A stretch of DNA of 64,000 bases from a virus, in the IMG/VR virus record IMGVR_UViG_3300005471_000012, positions 1 through 64,000 of that record; one strand, 5' to 3'. The translations under genes and the position numbers were made by a program. The notes beneath the pieces are model-generated. The model saw only the letters and a program-made list of their open reading frames with translations. It made no database searches and had not been told where the DNA came from. Position 1 is the stretch's first letter, and each line of letters opens with the position of its first letter. This document shows positions 37,371 through 47,799 of this stretch, piece by piece.

Positions 37371-37766
37371 GCCCAGCCTGGCGTAGACGTATTCGGCGAT
37401 GACATCGAGCGCCGCCTCGTCCAGGGAATCCCGGCCCGGCCCGCGGACGGGCTCCCCGCCGCACGCGAGCGCCTCGCCCTGCCAGCGGTCCCCGATCGGC
37501 ACGACGTCGCCGATACGCGACGACTGGCCGTCCGGGACCACGCCATGCACCGTCACGGGAATGCTGCCCCGGCCGGGCACGAAACGGCGGTCCGCGTAGG
37601 CGGGCAGGGCATAGCCGGGCGGGTCAGCTGCTACGGCCTCGCGGATGGCCGCCTTGCGGGCCTTCTGCGCATCAACCATGCGGCTGATCGCGTCCTGTTC
37701 TTCGGCGGTGTAGGGCCGGTCTTTGAATAGCAGGCCCATGAGCTGTTCCGTGCTGTTGATTTCCAT
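37368..37766 (-). CDS. hypothetical protein
   Basis: RBS AGGAGG. Confidence 0.6.
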   Translation of the reverse strand: MEINSTEQLMGLLFKDRPYTAEEQDAISRMVDAQKARKAAIREAVAADPPGYALPAYADRRFVPGRGSIPVTVHGVVPDGQSSRIGDVVPIGDRWQGEALACGGEPVRGPGRDSLDEAALDVIAEYVYARLG

Positions 37767-38564
37767 GAGACGAGTTCCTCCTAGCTGCCCGGCCGGCTGG
37801 CCGTGGTCGGCGTGTCGCAGTAGCACGGTGCTAGCCGGCGCTTGCCTGGCTTGCCGTCCGAGCGGTGGTAGTGCGCTTCCGCCGGGTCCGGCTCATCGTC
37901 GTTGACCAGCTGGCCGCTCGTGTAGCCTTGCGCGGCCAGCTCGGCGACCCGAGCCCAGTCAGCTTCGGTCGGCTCGCCGAAGTAGGTGATCTCAAACCCT
38001 GTGGCCATCGTCTTGCGCTCCCTTCGTGTCGTCTTCGCGGGCCAGGGCTAGCGCGGGCCCCGGGGTTGCCGCCGCCCGCTTTCGCTTCAGCACGTACCGC
38101 TTCCTGTGCCCCATCTTCTTCGTCAGCCGCTTCCGCTGCGGACCCGTCAGCCCGCCTTCCGAGCCGAGGGAATGGGTACGCACGCCGCCGGGCTGCGACA
38201 GGTAGTTGCGCCTGCGCTCGGCGTGGTTCAATCTGTTGCCGCCTTCCGCGCGCTGCTCGATGCGGATTCGCTGGCCAGCAGGGCTAGCGCTTTCCGCTCC
38301 CACTCGCCGCATGCGGCCGTGCCAGGCCTGAGCGACCGGGCGTAACGCGCCACCCCGGCCGCGGCCTCCTGGCGGCTAACCTCTATGACTTCGCCGCTGT
38401 CGGCGTCGTAGACCAGCATCACAGGACGTCTCCTCCGGCCCCGGGCATGTGCTTGACGCACGCGATCACCCGGGCCCAGCTCAGGACGTTCGCCGTCCAC
38501 ATGCCGTACTGACTCACGCACCCGCACCGGAGGCGGCGCGTGGTGCCGATCAGCAGGCGGGCCA

Positions 38565-39131
38565 TCACGCGCCGTCCTTGCTCTGCCCGGACGTCAGGCC
38601 GCACGGGCAGTGCGGCTCTACGTGCTGCCAGGGCTTGTCGCTCCGGGTCCGCTTCACCTTGCCGTTGTCCCAGAGGATGTCTTCGTCGCTGATCCCGGCA
38701 CGCCAGGCGGCAAAGGACTCATCGTCGTGCACGTGGTGCTGCCCGGTCATCCCGGCCAGGATGTTGGTGACGTGGATCAGCCCGTCGCCGTTGCGGGTAC
38801 AGCAGAACGTCATCCGCGGGGCGAACGGGTCGTAGCGCGGCGTGATGTCTTTCGCCTGCCATGACTGCATGACCTGCCGTGAGGCTTCCCAGCGCGGATC
38901 GAGTTGCAGCCGCCCCGGGTTGCCGTGCTCGTCACCGCGGCCATACGGCCGGGTGAAGTCGCATCCGGTGGCCAGGAGCTCGGCGCGGAACTGCCGCGCT
39001 TCCTTCTGGTATTTCAGCGTCACCCCGGCGCTCAGGCCGGAGCCGTCGTGCACGACGCGCCACCCGGGCGCGGTACCGGGCGAGCGCCGGACGCTCAGCC
39101 CCCGGTCGGTGTCCTCTGGCATTCTGCTCAT
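38565..39131 (-). CDS. hypothetical protein
   Basis: RBS GGAAGG, directly after a promoter. Confidence 0.6.
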   Translation of the reverse strand: MSRMPEDTDRGLSVRRSPGTAPGWRVVHDGSGLSAGVTLKYQKEARQFRAELLATGCDFTRPYGRGDEHGNPGRLQLDPRWEASRQVMQSWQAKDITPRYDPFAPRMTFCCTRNGDGLIHVTNILAGMTGQHHVHDDESFAAWRAGISDEDILWDNGKVKRTRSDKPWQHVEPHCPCGLTSGQSKDGA

Positions 39132-39160
39132 CTGCCTTCCGTGGTCCAGGTCGCATCTTG

Positions 39161-39189
39161 ACGATACGCCATCATGCGAATTGTGTCTA
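39161..39189 (-). promoter_or_regulatory. sigma70-type promoter (repeated family)
   Basis: TAGACA-caattcgcatgatggcg-TATCGT. Confidence 0.8.
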
Positions 39190-39227
39190 CTGCGATCCGC
39201 GTTCCGTGTAGGTCGTGCAGGTTGTGT

Positions 39228-40472
39228 TTACGCAGGTAGCGCGAGCGGGCCGCGCGGCGAGGTTGTGTAGCTTGTGCGGGCCGGGATCTCCTCGACCTCG
39301 TCCGGGTCGGACATGTCCACGTCTGCGAGATCGGTGACAGTCCCCGCGGGGGCGCGGCGTTCCCATTCGGCCCGCAGCAGGGCGACGACGTATCCGCGTC
39401 CGCGTCGCTGGCCGACGATCCCGGTCCGCTGGCCGTGCTCCGGGGCGACCTCGGCCATCATCATGGACAGGGCCCGGTCGGGCAGTGCTTCATACATCGG
39501 CTCGCCGAACCGGCGCATTTCGTCACGCAAGTCGGCGCCGAGCGCGAACCCGTCGCTGACCAGCCCGGCCGGGATCATGATGTCGCTCGCCCGGCACATG
39601 TCCCTGAGAACGGTCTGCCGCGGGGTGAGCACAGGCTCGCTCGCCGCGTCCAGGGCGAGGTCCAGGAACGCGGCGAGGATGCGCCTCGGCCACATGCCGC
39701 CGGCGGCGCCGGCGATCGCGAACAGCGGCTCCCAGATTTCCCGCTTGCGGCCTTTCAGCTTCGGGTGCAGTCCGCGAGCGCGGAACGCCCGGATCAGCCC
39801 GGCGTTCTCTTTTGCCCATTGCCCGAGTGACGCCCGGTACTTGAGTGCCTGCGGGTCGTGCTCGCGGACAAGGTAATCCTCGGCCGGCTCGCCGGGGGCC
39901 ATGGTGATCACGACACTCCGGGACCGGACGTCGTTGGGCACCGCGGCGCCGCGGCCGGCCATCGCCGCGGCGGCGAACACGTTGACGTCCTCCGCGACCA
40001 GGCTGGACGCGAAACTATCGGTCGCGCCGTACTTGTAGCCTTCGCGCAGCAGCGTGCCGAGCGGGTGAGTGGTGCCGGATCTGCCGGACCGGCCGAACAC
40101 GTCGGACACCTCGTCCACGATGAACGTGGGGCGCTCGGGCTCGTCCAGTTTCGCGCGGACCGCATACCGGGTGCCCTTCCCGCCGGCCCAGGAGTTGCGT
40201 GACAGGTCACGCACCCTGGCCAGGGTCTCGGACTTGCCGGCTTCGGGGTCCTGGGACGTGATCAGCAGCCGCGGCGTCACCACGAAGCACGCCTCTAGCA
40301 CGTGCGTGTGAGCGCACCATGCGGCGATCGCGTCGAGCTGCGCGGGACTGGCGTCGATGAACCTGGCCAGGAATTCGCGGGTGTCGTCCAGGACTGAGGG
40401 GCCCGGCGCTACCGGGCCGGGCATGCTGGCGGGCGGGGCTGCCGCCGGCTCCCATGCGTGCCGTGTGTCCAC
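39228..40472 (-). CDS. DUF3631-like P-loop protein (replication-associated in actinomycete mobile elements)
   Basis: FL.RF...AI..W..HTH...TPRLLITS..PEAGKS, FIVDE, RSRS..I.M, W.PL.AIA..AGG.WP. Confidence 0.75.
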   Translation of the reverse strand: MDTRHAWEPAAAPPASMPGPVAPGPSVLDDTREFLARFIDASPAQLDAIAAWCAHTHVLEACFVVTPRLLITSQDPEAGKSETLARVRDLSRNSWAGGKGTRYAVRAKLDEPERPTFIVDEVSDVFGRSGRSGTTHPLGTLLREGYKYGATDSFASSLVAEDVNVFAAAAMAGRGAAVPNDVRSRSVVITMAPGEPAEDYLVREHDPQALKYRASLGQWAKENAGLIRAFRARGLHPKLKGRKREIWEPLFAIAGAAGGMWPRRILAAFLDLALDAASEPVLTPRQTVLRDMCRASDIMIPAGLVSDGFALGADLRDEMRRFGEPMYEALPDRALSMMMAEVAPEHGQRTGIVGQRRGRGYVVALLRAEWERRAPAGTVTDLADVDMSDPDEVEEIPARTSYTTSPRGPLALPA

Positions 40473-40586
40473 TGTTACTGCCTCCCTAGGGGTTGCTGAG
40501 GCAGGGCCGTCGCCCTGTCGCGCGCGCCCGGGGCTCGCACCCGGGATGCCGCTAAGTTCACGCTGGCCGCCCTGCGGCCCGTTCAG

Positions 40587-40898
40587 TCAGCCGTCGTCGC
40601 TGCGGAGTGCAGCCGCCCTGGCTCCGGCGGCGTCCTTCGGGGTGCGAAGGCGCACGGTCAGCCGGTAGGAGTACGGCGCGCTTTCCAGTTCGCGCCTGAG
40701 CGCTGCGTACTCACCCGGCACCGCGGGCCGCGTCCGGGACATTACGCCTGCTAGGTCCGCGGCGCCGTGCTGGCCGAAGTGGATGAATGACTCGCACATC
40801 GCCGGGTCGGGTGACGCGGGGAGGTATGGGAACAGGGCGATGACGTCGCCATCGGCAAACTTGCGGAAGATCACGACGGTGGCGCCCGGCTCGCTCAC
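40587..40898 (-). CDS. conserved phage hypothetical protein
   Basis: VIFRKF.DG.VIALFP...HFGQH..AD...EY..L..EL. Confidence 0.7.
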   Translation of the reverse strand: MSEPGATVVIFRKFADGDVIALFPYLPASPDPAMCESFIHFGQHGAADLAGVMSRTRPAVPGEYAALRRELESAPYSYRLTVRLRTPKDAAGARAAALRSDDG

Positions 40899-41185
40899 GA
40901 CCGCACCGGCCCGTCAATGTCGTAGCCGAGCGCGGGGAACCACTCCGTCAGGATGTCCACCACGTCACCGCCCGGCCACCCGCCGTCGTTGCGCGCCTCC
41001 ATGCTGCGAATGCGCGCCAGGAGATCGGTGACCTCGGGCGCCCGCTCCTGCACGGGCGCCCTGGCGGCCTCCTCGGCGAGCATGACCGCGATCTCCCGCA
41101 CGCTCATGTCGTCACGGGACAGCGCCTCACCGAGCAGCCCCTTGAAGCGGTCAGCCAGGTTCTTCGGCCCTTTTTGTCGTGGCAT
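40895..41185 (-). CDS. hypothetical protein
   Basis: RBS AAGGGA; GWPGGDVV motif. Confidence 0.6.
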   Translation of the reverse strand: MPRQKGPKNLADRFKGLLGEALSRDDMSVREIAVMLAEEAARAPVQERAPEVTDLLARIRSMEARNDGGWPGGDVVDILTEWFPALGYDIDGPVRS

Positions 41186-41233
41186 CGTCCTGATTCCCTT
41201 CTCTCGCTTGCCGTCAGCCCGAGCGTGGCGCGC

Positions 41234-41623
41234 TCAGCCGCGGGCCCAGTAGGTAACCCCGCCGAAATCGACGCTCGCGTAGTCCTGCTTGAGCGCATCG
41301 GCGTACGCCTGCCAGTCGACATAGGCGGACACGGAGCCTTCGTCCCGGCAGTCCCCGGTGTCGTCGGCCAGGTCCCGGGCGTAGTCCCCGAAATGCGAGT
41401 CGCGGATCAGGGTGACGCTGCCCGGCCAGGACAGCAGGCCGCTGCCTGCCAGGCCCCGGGCGTCGTCGCGCAACTCGCGCAGCGCGGCTAGTTCTTCCGC
41501 GTCCCAGTCCTCAAGGTCGTTGCCATGCCGCCGGAGTCCTTTCTGCGTGGTCTCCAGGTCGGCGATCCGTGCGTCAACGTCGGTGGCGTTAATGAAGTCC
41601 TCGCCGTTGTCGATCGCATCCAC
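41234..41623 (-). CDS. acidic ArdA-like antirestriction / DNA-mimic candidate
   Basis: Very D/E-rich; F.DYARDL.DD.G...YVDWQAYA..L..DY..VDF.G resembles the ArdA C-terminus. Confidence 0.55.
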   Translation of the reverse strand: MDAIDNGEDFINATDVDARIADLETTQKGLRRHGNDLEDWDAEELAALRELRDDARGLAGSGLLSWPGSVTLIRDSHFGDYARDLADDTGDCRDEGSVSAYVDWQAYADALKQDYASVDFGGVTYWARG

Positions 41624-41709
41624 GTCCTTGCTCCCTTCCTTCGGTGGTCCTAGCGTGCATCCCAGCCCTGACGTGACCTGCTGACAGCGCCTCGCCGGCT
41701 GGGGGCGCG

Positions 41710-42156
41710 CTAGCGCCTTGACGCGATATGCCCGTCCAGGTCGGCGAGCAGCTGATTGCCGGCGCTGACCGCCTCGCGGAGCACGGCGAGAGCGGCGTCC
41801 GCGCCCCGCCCGGGCTCCTGGCCGCCGAGGTGCCGGATCTTGGAGTAGTAGGTGAACAGCTTGAGGCTCCCCGGCCCGTCCAGGTAAACCAGCCACGTGT
41901 AGCCGATCTCGCCTTCGCTGTCGTCGTCGTAGTCGAAAGCGATCTCGCCCGGCCCGGTGATCAGCCCGCTCGCCTTGGCCCCGGCGACGATGTCGTACGT
42001 CGTCGCCCCGCCGTCGTCCTCGTGCGGGTCATAGCTCGCGCTCAGTTCCAGCTCGGGTGCCTGGCTGGTCTCACCCGCGGACCGCGGCTCGAACTGCGCT
42101 ACGGCACGGGCAAGCCATGCGGCGGCGCGCTTCTCGTCTAGCGTGAATTCCTGCAT
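41710..42156 (-). CDS. acidic hypothetical protein
   Basis: RBS GGAGG. Confidence 0.6.
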   Translation of the reverse strand: MQEFTLDEKRAAAWLARAVAQFEPRSAGETSQAPELELSASYDPHEDDGGATTYDIVAGAKASGLITGPGEIAFDYDDDSEGEIGYTWLVYLDGPGSLKLFTYYSKIRHLGGQEPGRGADAALAVLREAVSAGNQLLADLDGHIASRR

Positions 42157-42170
42157 TGCGGTGATCCTCC

Positions 42171-42635
42171 CTAGCGCTTGCGCTCAGCGCGCTTGATTGC
42201 CTGCCCGGCCGCCTTGAGGTCCGCGGCGAGCGCGGGCAGTTTCGCCGCCATGTCCGCCCGCGCTTCGGCGATCATCTCTGGCACCGGGTAGCCGGGGTCA
42301 TCGTCAGGCATCCCGGCGATCATGTAATCCAGGTCGATCATGCGGATGCCGGTAACGTTGTCGTCCTCATCGGTCAGGGTGACCCGGCCGTGCTCCACCC
42401 CGCCGAGCACCTGACGGAAGCGGTCAAGGTCCAGCCCGGCCAGCCGCGGCGTCACGACAACGATCACGTACTCCCAGTCGCCGGCCCTGAACGCGGCCAC
42501 CTGGGCCGGGGTGTAGCCGTCGCCTTCGGGCTCGCCCATCGCGTTCAGCGACTCGTCGGGCTCAAGCTGGACATGCCAGGTCAGTCCGGGCACGTCCTTG
42601 TCAGGTATGACCTTGCTCTTGATCACGTACGTCAC
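42171..42635 (-). CDS. acidic hypothetical protein
   Basis: GDW.YV.V.V...LGGVE motif. Confidence 0.6.
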   Translation of the reverse strand: MTYVIKSKVIPDKDVPGLTWHVQLEPDESLNAMGEPEGDGYTPAQVAAFRAGDWEYVIVVVTPRLAGLDLDRFRQVLGGVEHGRVTLTDEDDNVTGIRMIDLDYMIAGMPDDDPGYPVPEMIAEARADMAAKLPALAADLKAAGQAIKRAERKR

Positions 42636-42638
42636 GGG

Positions 42639-43244
42639 TCAGCCTTCCTCGCGTAGCTCGCCGGTCACGTGCAGCGCCCGGCTCCTGGTAACGAATGCGT
42701 CGTCGTCACTTTCCGGCCAGCCGAGATAAGTGCCGTCCGTGTCGTGATCGCACTCGTGCCACTGGTAGCGGTCCGGGTGTACGGCGACGCGGCGCAACAT
42801 GAATGTCCAGTCAGCCCGCCATCCGGCTGTACCGAAGTCCGCTTGCCCGCGGTGCGGGGCATCCAGCCACGCGGGGTCAACCTCAATTACGGTGTAGACC
42901 AGCACGCCATCCTCGCGCCGGGCGAAGATCAGCCAGTCGTCGGCGCCGAGCACCCGGAGGATCGCGGGCGGCATCAGGCCAGCGGGGATCGTGTCGGCCC
43001 GCACGTCGTAGAAGCTGTCACCGTAGAACGGCAGGCAGCCGTCAGGCTCGCCCGCTGAGCTGCTCACAGCCGCCCGGCGGCCATGACGCTCGCCGGGCTT
43101 GTCCAGCCACCGCGTGATCGCGTAGCACCGGCCGCCCGTCTTCACGACCATGCCCGGGGCGAGCTGTAGCGCGTCAACCGAGCGGTAGCGGATGCGGTCG
43201 ACCTTGACGCCGAGCGCATCGTACTGGGCGGGCTTCCTGGTCAT
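42639..43244 (-). CDS. hypothetical protein
   Basis: ATGA overlap with the upstream gene. Confidence 0.55.
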   Translation of the reverse strand: MTRKPAQYDALGVKVDRIRYRSVDALQLAPGMVVKTGGRCYAITRWLDKPGERHGRRAAVSSSAGEPDGCLPFYGDSFYDVRADTIPAGLMPPAILRVLGADDWLIFARREDGVLVYTVIEVDPAWLDAPHRGQADFGTAGWRADWTFMLRRVAVHPDRYQWHECDHDTDGTYLGWPESDDDAFVTRSRALHVTGELREEG

Positions 43245-43699
43245 GACTGCCCCGCCTTCGCCGGCTCGTCGTTGTCGTGCGCGTTCGCCCACTTGCGGGC
43301 GGCGCTCTTGCTCGCGGTGTACTCGCTGACCCACGGGCACCGGGTGCACCGGGCGTAGAACCCGGCGCGGTTAAGTACGATCTCGCAGTTGACCGTGGTG
43401 GCCACGACCGCGGAGCCAGGCCACGCCTGGCCCGCGGCATCCGCCGGCTCTTGCTCGTGCACGGTCAGCTTCACGGCGGCGATGTTCGCCCGGTAGCTTC
43501 CCCGGCGCGGCCGGTCATTGATCACGGGCATCCCCTCCAGCGTGATCCGCTGGCCCTTGACGGGTGCCTCCGTGAAAGACTTGAGGTAGGTCATGGTGAC
43601 CGGCCCGGCGTCCCCGCGGTCGATCGTGACCGACAGGAACACGGAGCCGTGCGCAGTCGTGCGGCGCACCACCCGGGTAACCGTCCCGGTGATCGTCAT
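43241..43699 (-). CDS. OB-fold-like protein with C-terminal Zn-finger-like segment
   Basis: ITGTV..V....T..G..F....I.D..G.V...KGQRI.LEG; CTRC.W...H. Confidence 0.5.
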   Translation of the reverse strand: MTITGTVTRVVRRTTAHGSVFLSVTIDRGDAGPVTMTYLKSFTEAPVKGQRITLEGMPVINDRPRRGSYRANIAAVKLTVHEQEPADAAGQAWPGSAVVATTVNCEIVLNRAGFYARCTRCPWVSEYTASKSAARKWANAHDNDEPAKAGQS

Positions 43700-43926
43700 G
43701 TCTGCCGCCTCGCCCCGGCCTGCTTCTCGTAGAGCAGGCTGGCGACTTCATCAGCGCTGTCCATCGTCAGGCCAGCCGCATCGGTGATCAGTTCGATCAG
43801 CGCCCGGCTGTACTCGGGGTTGTCTTCGGCCGTACCGGGCCGCGCCAGCCCCGCGCTGTCAGGTCCCAGCTTGCGTGCCAGCCTGATCAGCTCACCGATG
43901 GTGACCCTGCGCGTAGTGTCGATCAT
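43696..43926 (-). CDS. hypothetical protein
   Basis: NPEY.RA..ELI motif; follows a promoter. Confidence 0.6.
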   Translation of the reverse strand: MIDTTRRVTIGELIRLARKLGPDSAGLARPGTAEDNPEYSRALIELITDAAGLTMDSADEVASLLYEKQAGARRQT

Positions 43927-43971
43927 GACCGTGTCCCATCCCTCTGGCTAGACTTCCGATCCCTACACGAC

Positions 43972-44000
43972 ACGATACGCCATTAGGCGAAACGTGTCTA
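43972..44000 (-). promoter_or_regulatory. sigma70-type promoter (repeated family)
   Basis: TAGACA-cgtttcgcctaatggcg-TATCGT. Confidence 0.8.
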
Positions 44001-44096
44001 CCTTTTAGCGTGCCGGATGCCTGCCGTGTTCACCGAACACACGCATGCTGAACGGCGGCGGCCTCGCGCGAGTGGGCTGGCGCCCGCGCGGGCAGC

Positions 44097-44131
44097 GGAA
44101 AGCCCCGCCCGGGGGCTGTCCGGGCGGGGCT
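44097..44131 (-). terminator. terminator after the resolvase gene
   Basis: 12-bp stem AGCCCCGCCCGG/CCGGGCGGGGCT followed by TTCC on the minus strand. Confidence 0.65.
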
Positions 44132-44147
44132 CCTGGTGGCGTGGTGC

Positions 44148-44732
44148 CTAGCTGGCCGCCCTAGCCCGCGCTATCGTGCGGTACACGGTCGGCCGCGAGA
44201 CGTCGAACAGCTCGGCCAGCTCGGTAATGTTGTGGCCGCCGGCCCGGTGCAGGGTGAGCAGGTGCGCTTGCCTGGTAGCGGACAGCTTGGGCGGCTTGCC
44301 CCTGAGGTGCCCTTTGGCCCGTGCGATGGCCATGCCCTCGCGGGTGCGCATGCGGAGCAGGTCGACCTCGAATTCGGCGAAGATCGCGAGTATGGCGAAG
44401 AACATCTTGCCCATCGGGTCGGCCGGGTCGTAGATGGTGCCGCCGAGTGAGAGTTTCACCCCGCGGGCCGTCAGGTCGTCGGCGATGTCCTGGAAATCGC
44501 GCACCGATCGCGCGAGCCGGTCCAGCTTGGGCGTCACGAGCGTGTCCCCGCTTCGCACGGCGGCTAGCGCTTTGCCTAGTTCCGGCCGGTCGCGGTTGGT
44601 GCCGGTTAGCCCGTGGTCCAGGTAGATGCGCCCGGGAGTCACCCCCAGGTCGCGGAGGGCCGCTTTCTGGGCGGCAAGATCCTGCTTTACGGTACTGCAC
44701 CGGGCGTAGCCCGTAAGCGTGTCGTTTCCCAT
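44148..44732 (-). CDS. small serine recombinase (resolvase/invertase) with C-terminal HTH
   Basis: GYARCST (catalytic Ser), G....RP.L, GDTLV.PKLDRLARS, ERT-like MRTREG, VSRPTVYR; TACACT 6 nt before the ATG. Confidence 0.95.
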   Translation of the reverse strand: MGNDTLTGYARCSTVKQDLAAQKAALRDLGVTPGRIYLDHGLTGTNRDRPELGKALAAVRSGDTLVTPKLDRLARSVRDFQDIADDLTARGVKLSLGGTIYDPADPMGKMFFAILAIFAEFEVDLLRMRTREGMAIARAKGHLRGKPPKLSATRQAHLLTLHRAGGHNITELAELFDVSRPTVYRTIARARAAS

Positions 44733-46101
44733 GCGGGGAGTGTACGGTAAGCGGGGCTGAGCGGTCAAATCCACCGTACACCCTATCTGAGACGGTCTTT
44801 CGGCAGGTCGGCACCTGACGGCAAGTGCATTTGGCGGCGTCCGCTGAAGGTTCCCCTACCGGACGCTTCGTAAACGGACATACCGGGCGCCCGTGCGCGG
44901 GGCTGAGCGGGCCGGTGCCGAGCCGGCGCCGGCAGGTACCCGGGCATACGGAAAGCCCGCCGATCGACCGCGTACGGCCAGATCAGCGGGCTAGTTCCGG
45001 GCGGATGATCAGTTTCTGCCCGCGGTGCGCCGCATCTCGCGCGGCAGGGTGAGCGACACGAGCCACACGACAGGCCACATGGCCGCGCAGAATGCGGCCA
45101 GCAGCCGGCCCGGCTTGTCCGGGCTCACGCTTCGGCGCTCTTGGCGAACCGCGCGGCCAGCCATGCCGTGTCCGCCTGGGCGAGCTGCGACCAGGCTAGG
45201 TAATCGGCGGGGTCGCCGGTAGCCTGCCAGCGGAGAAACATGGCGTGCTCGGCGTGGCGGGCCCTGATCGAGTCGGCCAGCAGGTTACGGGCCTGCTTTC
45301 GCGAGATGCGCCGGCGTCCGATGTACGGCCGTGCGGTCGCCTCCCGGGCGGCGTCGCCGGCAGGCGCGTATGCTTGGGCGTGGCGCCCGCGGCGGCCTGC
45401 GATCACCGGGCTTGGGCTGGTGGTCATGGGTCTGGTCCTTTCATCCTTGGCTAGGATTCCGATCGGCCGGCCTGGCCGTCGCGGCGCCGTCCCGGCAGGA
45501 CCGGGGCGGCACCGTGACAGCCCGCCTAGCGGCTGAGCCGCTTGTCGCGCTGCTCGTTGTTCTCGCACCGCCAGATGTGGCCGTCCGGGGTTGGCACCCG
45601 GACTAGCCGTTTCCCGACGTCGCCGGCCTGGACGTAGCCGATCACGTCGCCAACGGGGATCAGGCCCTCGGTCGTGCGGATGCGGAGCTTGCCGACGTCA
45701 TCCGCCGTGATCGTGTAGAACACCCGCTCGGCAGGCCGGGGCTCGGCCTCGGGCTCGGGCTTGAATATTTCCCGCATGGTCTCTCTGTCCTTCCGTGCCG
45801 TGGTGCGGTCGGGATGCCGGGCGGTTACCGGCTGTACTTGAGATAGTGGGCGGGCTTCTCGCCCGTGGTGACCTTGCGGATTGCCGCGTCAATCTCGGCG
45901 CGGTTCTCCTGAATGAACTTGCGCATCGACAGGCCCGACGACTGCCACCAGTCGTAAAGCCCTTCATCGTTGTTAATCCAGCCCTCCCGGCTGTCGCCAC
46001 CTCGCGGCATCGCTGGCCGTCCTTTCACGCTGGCACCCTGCCAGTCATCAGCGCGGGTAGGGTGAGGTTCCCGCGGACGCCGGGCGGGCCGGCGTTTCGG
46101 C

Positions 46102-46632
46102 TTAGCGCCCGGGCAGGTAGCGCCTGACCATGTCAAGGAATCCGGCGGGCAGCTCCCGGACCAGCCACGCCGAGCCGTAGCGGTAGCCGGTGACCGGGCA
46201 CGGCGGCGTTAGGTCCAGGCTCGGCACCGTGCGGCCGTAGCCGTCCGTTTCCATGACTGGCGCCACGTGATCGCAGCCGGCCGTCATGCCGTTCAGGTGC
46301 CATCCGGCCAGCTTGACTAGCGCGGTTGCCTTGCCGGCGTCGAATCCGGGCGCGTACCCGGTTAGCTCGGCCAGCGGTTCCACAGTCGCGCCGCCTGACA
46401 CAATGTCGCGCCAGTCCGGGTGCCAGACTGCGGTTGTGATGGAGAAATCCAGCGGCCGCCGCACTTTGCGATGGTCGGTCGTCTCGTATTCGTCGCGCCG
46501 GTCCAGGCGTTCCATCGTGACCGTCACGGTAACGCGGAGATTCCGCTTGTATCCGTAGCCGGTGCCGGGCACCGTGCCCACGTAGACATCCTCACGGCTG
46601 AGCGCAATCTCGCCGTTTAGCCCTCTGGTCAT
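46102..46632 (-). CDS. conserved phage hypothetical protein
   Basis: WHLN.M.AGC.H...CPVTGYRYGSAWL..ELP. Confidence 0.7.
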   Translation of the reverse strand: MTRGLNGEIALSREDVYVGTVPGTGYGYKRNLRVTVTVTMERLDRRDEYETTDHRKVRRPLDFSITTAVWHPDWRDIVSGGATVEPLAELTGYAPGFDAGKATALVKLAGWHLNGMTAGCDHVAPVMETDGYGRTVPSLDLTPPCPVTGYRYGSAWLVRELPAGFLDMVRRYLPGR

Positions 46633-47317
46633 TTCGTGATCCTTTCCCGTGCCTGTCTGGGCTGGCTGCCGCTAGCTGTTACCCGGCGCTCTCGGTGATG
46701 CCGTATTCGCCGATCGTGTTCCCGTTGCCGTCAAGGATCTTGCCTGAGCCGTGGCCGGCCCGGATGCGCCGCGAGACGTTAGCGACGTAATCCGCCACGG
46801 CATCGGGCCCCGATTCGGCCGCCTCGGCATTGTCCAGGTTCATCGTCAGAGTGAAGATCATTTTCGTCCGGCCTCCGGTCGTTTGCCCTGCCTTCGTCAG
46901 TGCCAGGCGGGCAGTCCTGGCAGACACCCGCGCGGCGGGTGTTTCGGCTCAGCCCTCGGCCGGGAAGCAGTCCGCATAGGTGAATTCGGAAGCCTCGGAC
47001 TTCCACGGAATGTCTATCGTGTCGTCGCCGGACTCGATTGAGGCTTCGAAGTCGGTCACGTTTGAGAAGTCGCCGGCGTGCGTGTCAAGCCACGCCTGCA
47101 CCGATTCGCGCGTGATCTTGCCATCGCCGTGCTGGCGCACGTTGTCAACGTCATGCCCGCTTAGCTCGTACGTCTGGGCAGCGGTAACGCTCGCCATCCA
47201 TATGGTCCCGATCACCCGGATAACCGACTTGCGGACCGTGTAGCGCATCGTCTTGCCTTCCGTTCGGTTGCCGCTAGAAACTCCGCACCGCGCGCCGTGG
47301 CGCGCGATACGCAACCG

Positions 47318-47740
47318 CTAGGGCGTGCTGTCCTCTGCGGCGAACATTCCAAGCCGCTCATACTCGGCGGCCAGCCATTCCGCCTCGGCCGCGCTGTACT
47401 CCGCCTCGCGGGAAGAGTCGCCTGCATACTCGGAAGCCTCGCCGCGCAATGCGAACGACTCGCCAGCGGCGGACAGGAACGATGCGAGCGCCCGTGCCAT
47501 CTCGGCGTGACCGGCGGGCCGGCCCTGGGGTGACCTGAGGTCGGACCCTTCGAGCACTGTCCGCCCGTCGGCCACGACCAGGTAATCCCATCCGTTGCCG
47601 GCGTACGCCTTGCCTACGGTGCCGCCACCGTGCGCCGACAGGTAGAGCGAGATCTCGCCGGCGCCGGCCATGATCGGCGGTACCTCTACCGCGTACTCAT
47701 GCTCGCTAGCGTCGTATCCGTAGATTTGCTGTCCGGTCAT
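47318..47740 (-). CDS. hypothetical protein
   Basis: RBS GCAACGGAGG; GGGTVGKAY.G.W.Y motif. Confidence 0.65.
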   Translation of the reverse strand: MTGQQIYGYDASEHEYAVEVPPIMAGAGEISLYLSAHGGGTVGKAYAGNGWDYLVVADGRTVLEGSDLRSPQGRPAGHAEMARALASFLSAAGESFALRGEASEYAGDSSREAEYSAAEAEWLAAEYERLGMFAAEDSTP

Positions 47741-47770
47741 GACATCCTCCGTTGCTCTGCCTATATCGCC

Positions 47771-47799
47771 ATGATACACGGTTAGGCGAATGGCGTCTA
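47771..47799 (-). promoter_or_regulatory. sigma70-type promoter (repeated family)
   Basis: TAGACG-ccattcgcctaaccgtg-TATCAT. Confidence 0.75.

Noticed and set aside
44148-44732. Phage integrase or Tn3 transposon
   Set aside because: Only about 194 aa, without the recombinase and Zn-ribbon domains of large serine integrases; no transposase or terminal inverted repeats seen.
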